A stretch of DNA of 59,603 bases, counting the filler, from Moniliella sp. 'wahieum' (Eukaryota), in the NCBI GenBank assembly GCA_003971905.1. It is 2 parts of 2 records of this genome, joined end to end, with 100 filler letters (N's around TTAATTAATTAA, not from the genome) between each part and the next. Parts side by side here need not be neighbours in the genome. Positions count along the whole stretch, not along the records: positions 1 to 31,591 come from RSEE01000192.1; positions 31,692 to 59,603 come from RSEE01000194.1. One strand, 5' to 3'. Position numbers and translations under genes: made by a program. Positions 23,603-34,358 of this stretch are shown here, piece by piece; position 1 is the first letter of the stretch, and every line of letters starts with the position of its first letter. The notes below the pieces were generated by a model. The model did not search any database. It saw only the letters and a program-made list of their open reading frames with translations, and was not told the DNA's origin.

Positions 23603-24493
23603 TCAGTAGATCTAGGCAAACGCGGTGGTCAGCACAGAGAGGAAGAGCCAATGCCAGGGTGGAACGAACCTCCTCAAAGGGCCGCGTGTCGTTAAAGCAA
23701 CTTTGAAAGACATCATTCACAATTTCCTTGGCGTGGTCCTCGCCCTTGCACGCCGGATTTCCCATGATCGACAGCACAGCGCGGCGACGTGCACATTCTT
23801 GGTGCTGCTTCATCACACCAAAGTGTAACCGACGCATTTCTCGGCCCCAACGACAGTCGCCCGACAAGGACGCCGCCCGTACTTCTGAGCAGGCATGCTG
23901 ACGTAGATCGGACCAGTCCACCTTGAAGCGACAGTTGTCCCACCAGTGCACCATTTCGTGCGCCACGTGTCTTCGAGGTGTTTCTTCGTCTGAATCCGGT
24001 TGCTGCAGATCAAGATACCGCTCTCACTGGGGGGATGCCCCTCGGGGGGGGGGAAAAGCCACCGGCAATTGTGGGTGGGCACGGACCGACGGCAATCTTG
24101 GGCATGGCGGATGGGGACACATCGGCTTCATCCAATGGTTGCAACCAATCACGGCAAGTGCTTGGTCATGAAACGATCATCGGGCTGGTTTCAGCGCAGT
24201 GCGGGGAGCGGGACGAGTCGGGAGCACCCATGCCGTCAAGTCAGAACGGATGAGACGAAAAACACAAACACAATCGGATACAAACGAACTATTGGCCAAA
24301 AGGGACGCGCCCACTTCTCTACCTGGATTCTTCGCTGAAACTCCTCTTCGGTTTCGACATGCTTGCTCCAGTCCTCGACCTCTTCCGGGGTGGCCATGGC
24401 CGGCGCATCACGGTGTTGGTTTCGACCACATCGGTGCGGGAGAGGATGGTGGGGAGGGAGGTGATGGGTGCTGAGATGGGCTTGGAGCGGCAT
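23603..24493 (-). CDS. ATP23: Mitochondrial inner membrane metalloprotease Atp23 (Peptidase M76)
   Basis: [55 protein letters not shown] (HExxH), [26 protein letters not shown]. Introns at about 24202-24263 and 23612-23669. Confidence 0.95.
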
Positions 24494-24964
24494 GGGCGCT
24501 GTAATATACCATACAGGCGTCCCGCCACGTGTCAAAGTTGGACGCCGAAGCCATGACCGTGATGGAAGTGAAGGTGGGGCTGCCGGTCAGAACAACAAGA
24601 CAATCCAATATCCATCGGTAACGGCAAGACAGCACGGGCTATTATGTAATGGTGCCGGATGGGCCAGGGCTGTGCGCCCTGACGAGCTTCCTTCAAGCTG
24701 CACTAACACTCGCAGTCAGCAAGTTACGTATGGGCCTATGGATGGGCACGAGAGAAGGGTGGCCACACCCCCGAACAGCCAAGTCGGGACAATTTTGGGG
24801 GGAGTGCAACATATGCATGTGCATAAGGTGCTCAGGCCTTGATTATCGCCTCACCAGGGCCATGGGCATGTGCGCCAGCCGATCATCCAACAGACAAGGG
24901 AGGCACAGGTTGTCCCATCATTCCATGAGACACCCCACCACGCATCAATAGACCACAGGACTAT

Positions 24965-26078
24965 TTAAGGAGCGTGGAGGAACTCAAGGAACTTGGGGTT
25001 GAGCGCCACTTGGCCGGTTGGCAGCGGGCTTGTAGGTGCCAGCAGCCTTGGCGGCGCGATGTCAGCCTCGATCTTGCGCTGCACCTTGGCGTACGGGTTA
25101 AGACGGTCCATGACGAACTTTTGCGCTAGCGGGTTCTTCTTCTGGGTGAAGGGGCGCTTGGTCGCCTTGGGGCCAGCCGGACGAAGCAGCCTGGATCTCC
25201 TCCGAAGCAGCAGACGCGACACGTCCGTGTTGGTGATCTTGGCGCGGGGAAGGACGAAGCCCTTCTTCTGCGCCGAGGCAGCATCGTAGGTGCCAAAGAT
25301 CGAGTCGAGCTGCTTGAAGGCAGCCTCGGTCCAGATCACAAAGCGGCCAAGGTGACCACCGGGCGCGAGCTGGAGGAGGTTAAGGCGGTGAACCGACACG
25401 AGCTCCACACCGGGCAGGTTGCGGAAAGCGCGGTAGATGCCCTTGTCCTCGTTGTACACAACGAGGGGGCCGCGGCGCTGCACGTGACGACGGTTGCGCA
25501 GCTTGCCCTGGCCAGCACGGATCTTGCGCGAGTTGGACACCTTGAGCACATCGTCGTAGGCGTTGAGCGCCTTGAGGAGGGCAACCGCCTCCTTGGTCTT
25601 CGAGTAGGACTCGACCTCGGTGGGGACAACGAGGGGACCTCGGCAACCTGCTCAACGCGGTGGCCGCGGGCGAGAACGAGGGACGGCACGGCGGTCGCAG
25701 CCAGAGCCGAAGCAGTCGCAACACGCTTCTGGTTCTGGTTCGTCTTCACCCACCAGCGGCGCCACACCTTGGTGGGAGCAAACATGTGACCGCCACGGGC
25801 CATGTTACCGAACGCTGGCCAGCACGGTGGGTGCCCGAGCCGCCCACACGAGGGATACGGGCCAGAGCACGGCCGGTGCCCCACGACTCGGCCGAGGTCT
25901 GGTGGCCAGCCTTGGTGGAAACGGCGTAGGGTTGGCGCTTGTTCTTGGCCACCTGGGTGTAAGTAATCTGCACCACGTCGGAGCGGATCGGAGCGGTGAG
26001 AACGGCGGGCAGCGGCAGGCTTGCGCCGCTGGCACTGCCGTCAGCAGCGCGGACACTGACAGTCGCACGCGAGGCCAT
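24965..26078 (-). CDS. RPL4: 60S ribosomal protein L4 (uL4), apparently intronless, frameshifted in assembly
   Basis: [115 protein letters not shown]. Confidence 0.98.
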
Positions 26079-27357
26079 GATGTTGGAGAAGGTGCTGCTT
26101 GGTGGCGAGGCCGTCACCGACGCTGCCAGCTGCCCCCCCCGGCCACCAGCGGCCGTTCGGCGGGGCAGCGGCACCAACACAGGCGCAGTGCCTACACTGG
26201 AAAGCAACTGCGGCAGTGCTGGCGCTGCGGAAATCATTGCGCCGGGGGAACAACCCTAGTGAATATTGATGTCCCTCCGGGACCATGCTGGCTCGGTGAT
26301 TACGCGCACGGTGATGTGCCATTGGCGCTCAATCACATGTCACAACCTCCACATGGTTGGCTTCCCCGCATGGGCACCTCAGCCTGCTTCGCTAACTTTC
26401 GTTCCATAGGTGGCGTATGATTTGTAGCCTGGCACCTGTGGACGAGGTGGAGGGAAACCAGCTCGCTGCTCCCATTTCCCAGTGAATCCTCCAGTGGATG
26501 ATGCAGCCAGCCGTCCCTGCTCCCAACGTCTCCTTCTGGCTCTTTTACCGTGGCTGTAACGGACGGATGCGGGGTAGATAGTGTTGTGCCTGATGTAGCT
26601 GGAGGTTCCGAAAAGCTCAAGACCCAACAAGCGTCGCATGCACTGGCTCATCTATTTCGCCTGTCAGGACCTCATTCTTATCTTTTTGGTGAGCACTGCT
26701 GCGTCAACGACGGATCTGTGGACCGGACGCGGAGGAGCTGTGGCTAGCAAAGGCGATGTTGGTTTAAAGCCCGTGATGCATCATTTCCGTCGGCAGCACT
26801 GCGTGGACGCACCTGCGAGAAAGAGACGGTTGCGGGTGGATTGTCGCCTGGTGGAGAGGGCATGGCCTGGACATGGGGCAGGCATATATAGCGTGGTTTA
26901 GCTGAAGGGTGGCGCTGCTCTGGTGCAGCATGTGGAGCGTCCGGCAGGCACCGGGCGGGGGTAGCATGAGGCGAGTGTGGGGGAGCCGCGCAGACACTGC
27001 CGCGTGGCGCCGCTCTGCTGCGGCTGGAGCGCAGACGTGGCATGGCTGGCGTGCGGCCTGGCTGCGCCCGGTTGCCACCGGCCACGGCGCCACCCGGAGC
27101 GGAAGCGCCGGCTGCAGGCTGCTGTGACATGTGACGCGTGACGCAGCACTGCAGCCCTCCGCCCTTACACTGCCCCCGAGCGGCCTGGTGATCGGCAGGC
27201 AGGGTGCACTAGCTAGCTACCGCTGCCCATCTGCATCCAACGCAGCCCACAGGCCCTCCATCGCCCATCTCCTTCGTCTTCGTTTGCGTCTTCATCGTCG
27301 TCTTCGTCGCGGTCTTCGCCTCCGCATCCACCGTCGCCCTCGAGCGCTTCGTCTCTC

Positions 27358-30300
27358 ATGCTGTCGCCGTGGTGCGTGTGACACGTGCCCTGCTCCGGCA
27401 GGCCACCCGCACGCCCATCGAGAGCATCGTCGTCGTTGCCATCGTCGCAACACTCGCCTACTTCTCCCTCCTCTTCGCCTTGTCGCGCTCCCATTGGATC
27501 GACGCCGTGGCTGCCTCCGCCGGCCTGCCCGCCCCCTCCTTCGCGCCACCCACTGTGTGGACACACTCGGCCTCTGGCTGGTCACGTGCTGGCGCCAGCG
27601 CCTCTGCGGACGCTGCGGTGCGTCCTGTCTTCTGGGTCGACACGATCGGCACCCTGCCCCAGCAGGCTCCAGCACCCAGCCTTCTTCACTCGCCCAGTCG
27701 TTCGCTGCCCAACATCCTTCCGTGCCTTCCCTGTCTACGCCCTATGTCCTGCCGGGTAGCCCCCCTGTGGTGGCTTGGACCCCTCGTTTGCCTCGGCCGA
27801 CTCTGCTCAAGAGACGGAGCTTCTGCAGCAGCTCGCTACCCCGTCCAACGTATCACCCCTTCGACACCTGGCGCATTGTCCCTGCAATGTCCCCTACTAC
27901 ATGGACACGCGCAGGGCGCGCCCTGCAGCAGCTTCGCTCATCGCCGCCGTAACAGTCCAGGCTGACTCGATTCGCTTGGGCTTACGCTTCTCGCGCTCTC
28001 TTCGCTCGCTTTGGCCACCTGATCCGAGCCGCCGATTCTGCCGATATCTTTCTCATGCTTTGTGTCTACATCTTTATGCACGCCACCTTTGTCAATCTTT
28101 TCTATCGATGCGCCGCTTTGGCTTCCACTTCTGGCTTGGTACGTTGCCCTCTTCTCTGTCTCCGCCTCGTCGGCGAGCTGACTAACGTTCGGTATTGTTC
28201 AGGTGCATCGGTTTTGATTTCGTGCACTTGTGCGTTTATTTTGCTCTCGTCTCGGCCCACTACCTTGGTGTGCACATCGACCCAGTCCCACTGAGCGAGC
28301 TCTCCCATTTTTGGTCGTGACTGTCGGGTTTGACAAACACTATAAATTGACCAAGGCTGTCTTCACTCACCCCGCTTTGCTCCATCGTCCCACCTGCACG
28401 AGGTCCCAACGTTCTTAGATGTTCTGAAGCCACCTTCGCGTTCGGTAGGAGCTAGCGAGGGAAAGCCGGCCTCAATGGGAACTCCTCCGCCGATACACCC
28501 AAGTCGAATGAGGATGCCTTTGTTCGGGCCCTGACTGCCCGCTTGCGCGAAAATCCCGATCTCGATGGGAGCTTCCCCGTCCACTGGCTGCCCGTGACGT
28601 GTTGGTGGGTGCATATGACAGTGTTGGCCAAGAAATCGTCGTGACTATGCGATCGAGTTGGCCTTGCTGCTTGCGGGCTCATGCATTGCTCCTAGTGGCC
28701 TGCATGATTTTGCCAGCTCGCGGCACTGATCCTTTTTCGATGCCATTCTTCTCCACACGTTTTACACTGGCATCCTGACCGTTATTGTGAGGTACTGCGG
28801 ATCCGGATCTTGCGTAAGCGCCGCCACGCTTCCCTCCCAGCCGCATCGGCCGTTAACAAGGAAGCCGCGCCACCAGCGGCGGCGTAGCAAGCGCTACGAC
28901 GACCGGCTCGGTTACCCCTACAATCAGGGTGCGATAGCGCAGCAAGCAGTCGTGTATCTTCCATCTCGATCACTCCTTCAACTATGTCTGCCCCCCTTTG
29001 GCTGGGATGTCAGCCCAGCTGCGTCACCGGCAGCATTCTCGGTCCCGTCGGGTCCGTGGGCTCTGGCACCGCCTGGTTGGCTCCAACTCTAAAAATAACC
29101 CAGTGGGCCGGCTCAAAATCTTGTTGATTGCTTCCTTCATCACGCTACACAGCCTCAACCTTGGTACCATGACAACACAGGCTTCTCGCACTCGCTACTT
29201 GCGTGCTGCCACGTCCGAAGTTGCCTCTACCTTACGTCCCCGAGCGCTTCCGTGAACGATCCGTACCAGCTACTTCGTCAGCGACACAGTTCAACTTGTC
29301 CTTAACCCCTTCCTCGCCGGCACTTGCGCCAGCGCTCGAGCGCTTTGCTCGTTCCCATCCCACTGGCGCCCGCTTGCAGATCCATGACCCGGTTTTCCTT
29401 TCGGTGATCGATTACTCCCTCACCAACCAGGTGTCGGCGAGAAAGCTGAACTTGCCAAGACATTGCCGAGGCATATGAGCAGCAATTCCCCTCCTGACAG
29501 TGTCGATCGCCTCATCGTCCTCGGCAACTCATTCAGTTCATCCTTCCTTCTCGACTAACAGCTCGCGCGGATCGACAGGCTTGCTTTCGCGCCACCAGTC
29601 GCTAGAGGTCTTGGGCAGCCTGATGACGGAATGGACCTCAATTGTTGGTGACCCTCTTATTTCCAAGTGGCTTCGATCGCGATGGCAGTGAGCATCTTTC
29701 TAACGCTACCTGCTCCGAGGCATTGCTCAAGGCAACGCAGCTATTGCCCGAGGTAACGCTATGGGTGCCGCTGCTTTTGCCGCTGCTCGATGCTGGGCGC
29801 TCATTTGGATGAAGCCGAGTCCCGCATCGCCAAATCGTCCCGTTCCAACTCATCCAATGCCAATCCTTCCCGCGCCTCCGCTCCCACGGTGACATTTATG
29901 CCGCCTCCCCCTGCGCTGATTGTGCCAGAGGAGAAGATCCTACACCTCCCACGGCGGGCGTGGACGCTTCGCAGATCCGTTCGTTCGAGGAAGTATTGGT
30001 GTACGACAATGGCGCCGGTGTGCTCTCTTGCGGACGAGGAAGTAGTGTTACTTGCCAGCGGGGAAAGATTCCTGCTTACGCGTTGGAGAAGGTACTTCAA
30101 GACCCGAGCGTGCTGTTCGTGTCCGCCGCGCTTGTTTCGCGTGCCAGCTTGACCAAAACGCTGGAGACGGGCAAGTTGCCATTTAAGAACTATAACTATG
30201 CGCAAGTCATGGGTGCATGCTGTGAAATGTTGTGGGCTACCTTCCTTTGCCGCTCGGCATTGCGGGTCCTCTTCACCATTGACGGCCAACTTACGCCAAT

Positions 30301-31368
30301 CCCGATGGCCACGACGGAAGGTACGCTGGTTGCATCCACTTCGCGTGGGTGCAAGGCGCTGAATGCGGGGGGGGCGTGACAACCGTTTGACGCAAGACGC
30401 CATGACACGCGGCCCCGCCGTCGATTTCCCCACTGCGGCCGAAGCGGCGCAGGCTAAGAGATGGATCGATTCCACCACTGGTGCGGCGACGATCAAGGCT
30501 GCCTTTGACTCGACTTCCCGCTTTGCCCGACTGGCCAGTTTGCGCACCGCGCTAGCGGGTCGAACCCTGTTTATTCGCTTTGCACCTCGACGGGGGATGC
30601 GATGGGCATGAACATGATTTCCAAGGGGTTGAGCGTGCGCTGACATTGATGGCCCCGAGCACTTCCCCTCCATGAAGGTTCTGGCCTATCGGGTAACTAC
30701 TGTACGACAAGAAGCCCGCTGCGATCAATTGGATTGAAGGTCGGGGCAAATCGGTGGTGGCCGAAGCGGTGGTACCCAACAAAGTGGTGAGCTCGGTGCT
30801 CAAGACCTCGGTGCCGCTTTGGTGGATTTGAACCTGAAGAAGAACTTGATTGGCTCGGCCATGGCCGGCTCCATTGGCGGCTTCAATGCCCATGCCGCCA
30901 ACATTCTTACTGCCATCTACCTTGCCACGGGGCAAGATCCTGCGCAGAACGTCGAGTCGAGCAACTGCATGACCTTGATGGAGGCCACGCCCGAGGGGAC
31001 TTGCGCATCTCGGTTTCCATGCCCTCCATCGAAGTGGGAACGGTGGGCGGGGGGACGGTGCTGGACCCACAGAGGTCGATGCTCGAGCTGCTGGGCATTG
31101 CTGGGCCGCACCCTTCCACGCCAGGCGCCAACGCTCAACGGCTCGCCGCCATCATTGCCTCCGCGGTGATGGCAGGGAACTATCGCTCATGTCCGCCCTC
31201 GCGGCCGGACATCTGATCAAGGCCCACATGGCTCACAATCGCTCCGCCCCTGCTTCCGCTGCCCACCCGGGCCATGTAAGTCCCAACCCAGGTCGAATTG
31301 CGGCGACGATGACACCCTTGGTCGCGCCCAGTATTCGTATGACCAAGGCGAATGGATCGGGCCGGTAA
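27358..31368 (+). CDS. HMG1: HMG-CoA reductase (class I, sterol-sensing membrane domain plus catalytic domain), frameshifted
   Basis: N-terminal [33 protein letters not shown], catalytic [73 protein letters not shown]. Intron at about 28139-28203. Confidence 0.97.
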
Positions 31369-31591
31369 ACTAGGTGCGCAACGTTCTGTTTCTATTGCGC
31401 CTCGCCTCCTGGGCGGCCGTCATCATTGCTCTTCGTACAAGCCCCTTTGTCTGCCCATTTGCCTGATACCGTCATGCCCGCTCTGTATGGGCGAGGCAGG
31501 GGCTCAAGCCATGCAATTCATCTCTGCATACTCCCATGGACCGTATCCTGCCACGGATCTGAGGCTACCGACCGTTTGCCTCTGCCATCTG

Positions 31592-31691
31592 NNNNNNNNN
31601 NNNNNNNNNNNNNNNNNNNNNNNNNNNNNNNNNNNTTAATTAATTAANNNNNNNNNNNNNNNNNNNNNNNNNNNNNNNNNNNNNNNNNNNN
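31592..31691. other. Artificial contig-joining spacer
   Basis: 44 N + TTAATTAATTAA (stops in all six frames) + 44 N, exactly 100 bp. Confidence 0.97.
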
Positions 31692-31713
31692 CCTAACCCT
31701 AACCCTAACCTAA
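31692..31713. repeat. Telomeric repeat (CCCTAA)n at the start of the second contig
   Basis: CCTAA-CCCTAA-CCCTAA-CCTAA immediately after the spacer, with the C-rich strand on + as expected for a left chromosome end. Only about 3.5 units are retained. Confidence 0.7.
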
Positions 31714-34358
31714 CTCGTAAGATTCGAACTCCTCGTCTTGTCCCACGCGTAGCGAAGGAGGAAATGCTTCATGGCCTGCATGGAAATCAGCACGCCCGTC
31801 GGGGTCAAAGCGCAATGTTCCCATTGGATCTGGGCATCGTTGTGCATGCAGGAAAAAGGATAGACGCTCGGCTCAATCCACCGCTGGATCACATGGGGCT
31901 CCCCATTGGGAAGGACAGAAAATGGGCGAAAGGGCAAGGTGGTGCATGTGATTTCCTGGGGCTGCCGCGCATGGGTCCAATCCAGCACATTGACCAGCAA
32001 TATCCCCATTTCGTTATTTCCCTTGCGCACATTTTTAAGCGGAGTAAATGGACCTACGCCCCGGCGCGGCGCCAAAGTGGGGCCGTTGGGTGCAGGCGGG
32101 GAATGAGGGATGTCGTAGGCATGGAGATGCAACATGCTTGGAATGACGGCGCGACCATTGCATCCACGAGCGATGCGAGTACCACAAGTCGCTTGGGATG
32201 GAGGCGCCCAGCCGGTGGCGTGTGTGGCAATCGAGGATGGCAAGCCAGGCCGGGTGGCGGTGGACACGGCCAGTAAAGGCATGCTTGTAGCCCTTCAGCA
32301 CACCCAAGTATAGGCCGAAAGGAAAATTCAGTTTCACATGCTCTTTCATAAACTCGGCATCGTCGGCGTCTTCGTCTGCCAACAGGGCTGGACTGGAAAA
32401 ACAAAACACGAGCGTTTCGGATTCAGGGTGGACTTCAAATCCAAACACATCCCTAACCGCAAAAGCGTCCTTCACCTGCTCAACGCCGGGGAACGCGCGA
32501 TTCTTGCCCTACCAAGAACAACAAAGAGAGAAACGAAAAAGAGGAGGGTTAGTCACTTGTCGTCCTGCTTCAGCAACCAGTCCGGAACGCGAAATACATA
32601 CAGGATTTGCCCTTTTCGGCAGCGGTGGCTGGATCAAATCCACTGTGGGCTGCCAATGAGCATTCGGCTGCGCTGGGAATCGAGATGATACTTGGACGGA
32701 TCAATGAGGAATTCGTTCACCGAGAACAGGATCTTACCTGACTCGGCGTCGTGCGCAACCAAGGTGTTGAATGATCGCTCCCACTTAATTGTAGGATCTG
32801 GTGTTTTGCCGTTCCAATCTAAGTGGGAAAAGAGCATTCGGGGCGAAAGACCAAAAGGCTCAAGGGAGTCAACCGCCTCGCCTGTCGTTAGATTAAACAT
32901 GGAAATGATTGTTTGCCGGGAGGTACATTGGGGTCATCAACGGCCGGGCCACTTGGAAGGGGGGGTAGGCGAAGGAATGTACGTAACCAAGACAGATCGT
33001 GTAGCCACGCTAAAAAGAGAGACAAAAGTGGGGCCACCATAATCATCCCCATCACCAGGCATTCGAGCACAAGACGTACCAAGCAACCAAGCGATCATTC
33101 CCTACCAGGGCGAATCGGATTCCCAACAACGTTAAATCCGTGTCGCGTATCCCCCCGGGAATGTCCAAGACGGTGGTCTTAAGCGTCGAAGAGGGAAAGA
33201 CGGCGTCATCAAAAGACGTGGTGTCGGTCGCAGCATCTGATGCAGCAGGTTCAATTGCAGTCGAAACAGCGAAATCATGCGTAACAGCAGCAACTGCTTC
33301 TTCTCCTTCAGAGTGATCGTCTTTGGTGGTATCGCAGCTCATTTTTGCGATCGTCCTTGACCTATTGTGCTGAACTAGCAAGTCCCAGCCACCATGGTGC
33401 ACAATAACAGATACGTGCGTATTGTTCCCAGGATCATCTGTCGCAAAAGGTCAGAAAGGGGTCCAGTAAAGGCGGGCAGGGATAAAAGTAACAATGTGAA
33501 GAAGAGCGCCCAAACCAGCAACATACCCCGAAGCCAAACGCTCAGAAACGGTCCCTCATAGACGACATCGCCCCATAAAGCCACCAACCCTTCGGTGCGT
33601 CATAGGTATACAACTTGGTCTCGTGCTCCTTGTCCCAATACACCATCTGATTGTCTTCCAACTCTATCAGATCACTGCAAAAGTTCAACCCGCCATACTT
33701 GCTCTGCGGTTGGACATGCGTGTTGGTCCGTTCCTCCGCCGGACCCCCATCTCGTTCGAGCACAAGAGGGTTGACGAGCGGGTGCAGAACAAAGGGGTTG
33801 GTAGGATTGGTGGTGTCCATCTCGGTATGGGGCGGGGGGGCATCGCCTGTGGCTAGTGCCTCCGTGTCGGGGGCCCCATCATTGCAGGAGGGCGGAGAGG
33901 GATGTGCGGCGGGAGAAGGAGAGGGGCGAGGATGAGGAAGCGGTGTGCCGGACAAGCTCCATCCAAAGGGAGCGTGGAGGAGTTCGTTGGCAATGACCAA
34001 CGCTTGCCATGTGCGCGGCACAATGTCCAAGCCGCAGGCATGAGTAGCGTCCTCGAGCGAGAACGGGGGCGACGGGGACGAGGCGGGCAGACGTAGCAGC
34101 CGGTAGGCGATGCGGCGCCAGAGCGTTTGGTTTTCGTAGAGAGATGCACGTAGTCCTATGTGTGGATTAGACGCGAAAGGGTCAGCAGCCAGTGGGGCAG
34201 GACAGCTGTTGGCAAGAAGAGACAAAAGGGAGGCAGACGTTCACACGACGACACGTACGCTTGCATGTCGCCGCCAGGCGGACCACATCACACGGCTCCA
34301 GCAGCTCCGAGGCGGCCACTTGCCAGAAGACCTCGGTGGGCAGAAACTCCAACTTCAT
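31710..34358 (-). CDS. F-box domain protein, transcribed toward the telomere
   Basis: MKLEFLPTEVFWQVAASELLEPCDVVRLAATCK|RLRASLYENQTLWRRI is an F-box consensus split by a GTACGT...CACATAG intron (about 34156-34258). A second intron lies at about 32498-32601. The remainder is frameshifted and unassigned. Confidence 0.75.

Noticed and set aside
13071..31368. Pervasive frameshifts in MES1, ATP23, RPL4 and HMG1 (also SRP68 and the amine oxidase) as mass pseudogenisation, insertional RNA editing or programmed frameshifting
   Set aside because: They hit essential genes uniformly, are mostly single-base losses often in short homopolymers, and leave catalytic motifs intact. This is the typical profile of unpolished long-read consensus. 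Short-read polishing would settle it.
31636..31647. TTAATTAATTAA as a biological palindrome or piggyBac target
   Set aside because: It is centred in an exact 100-bp N spacer and is a standard synthetic six-frame stop linker.
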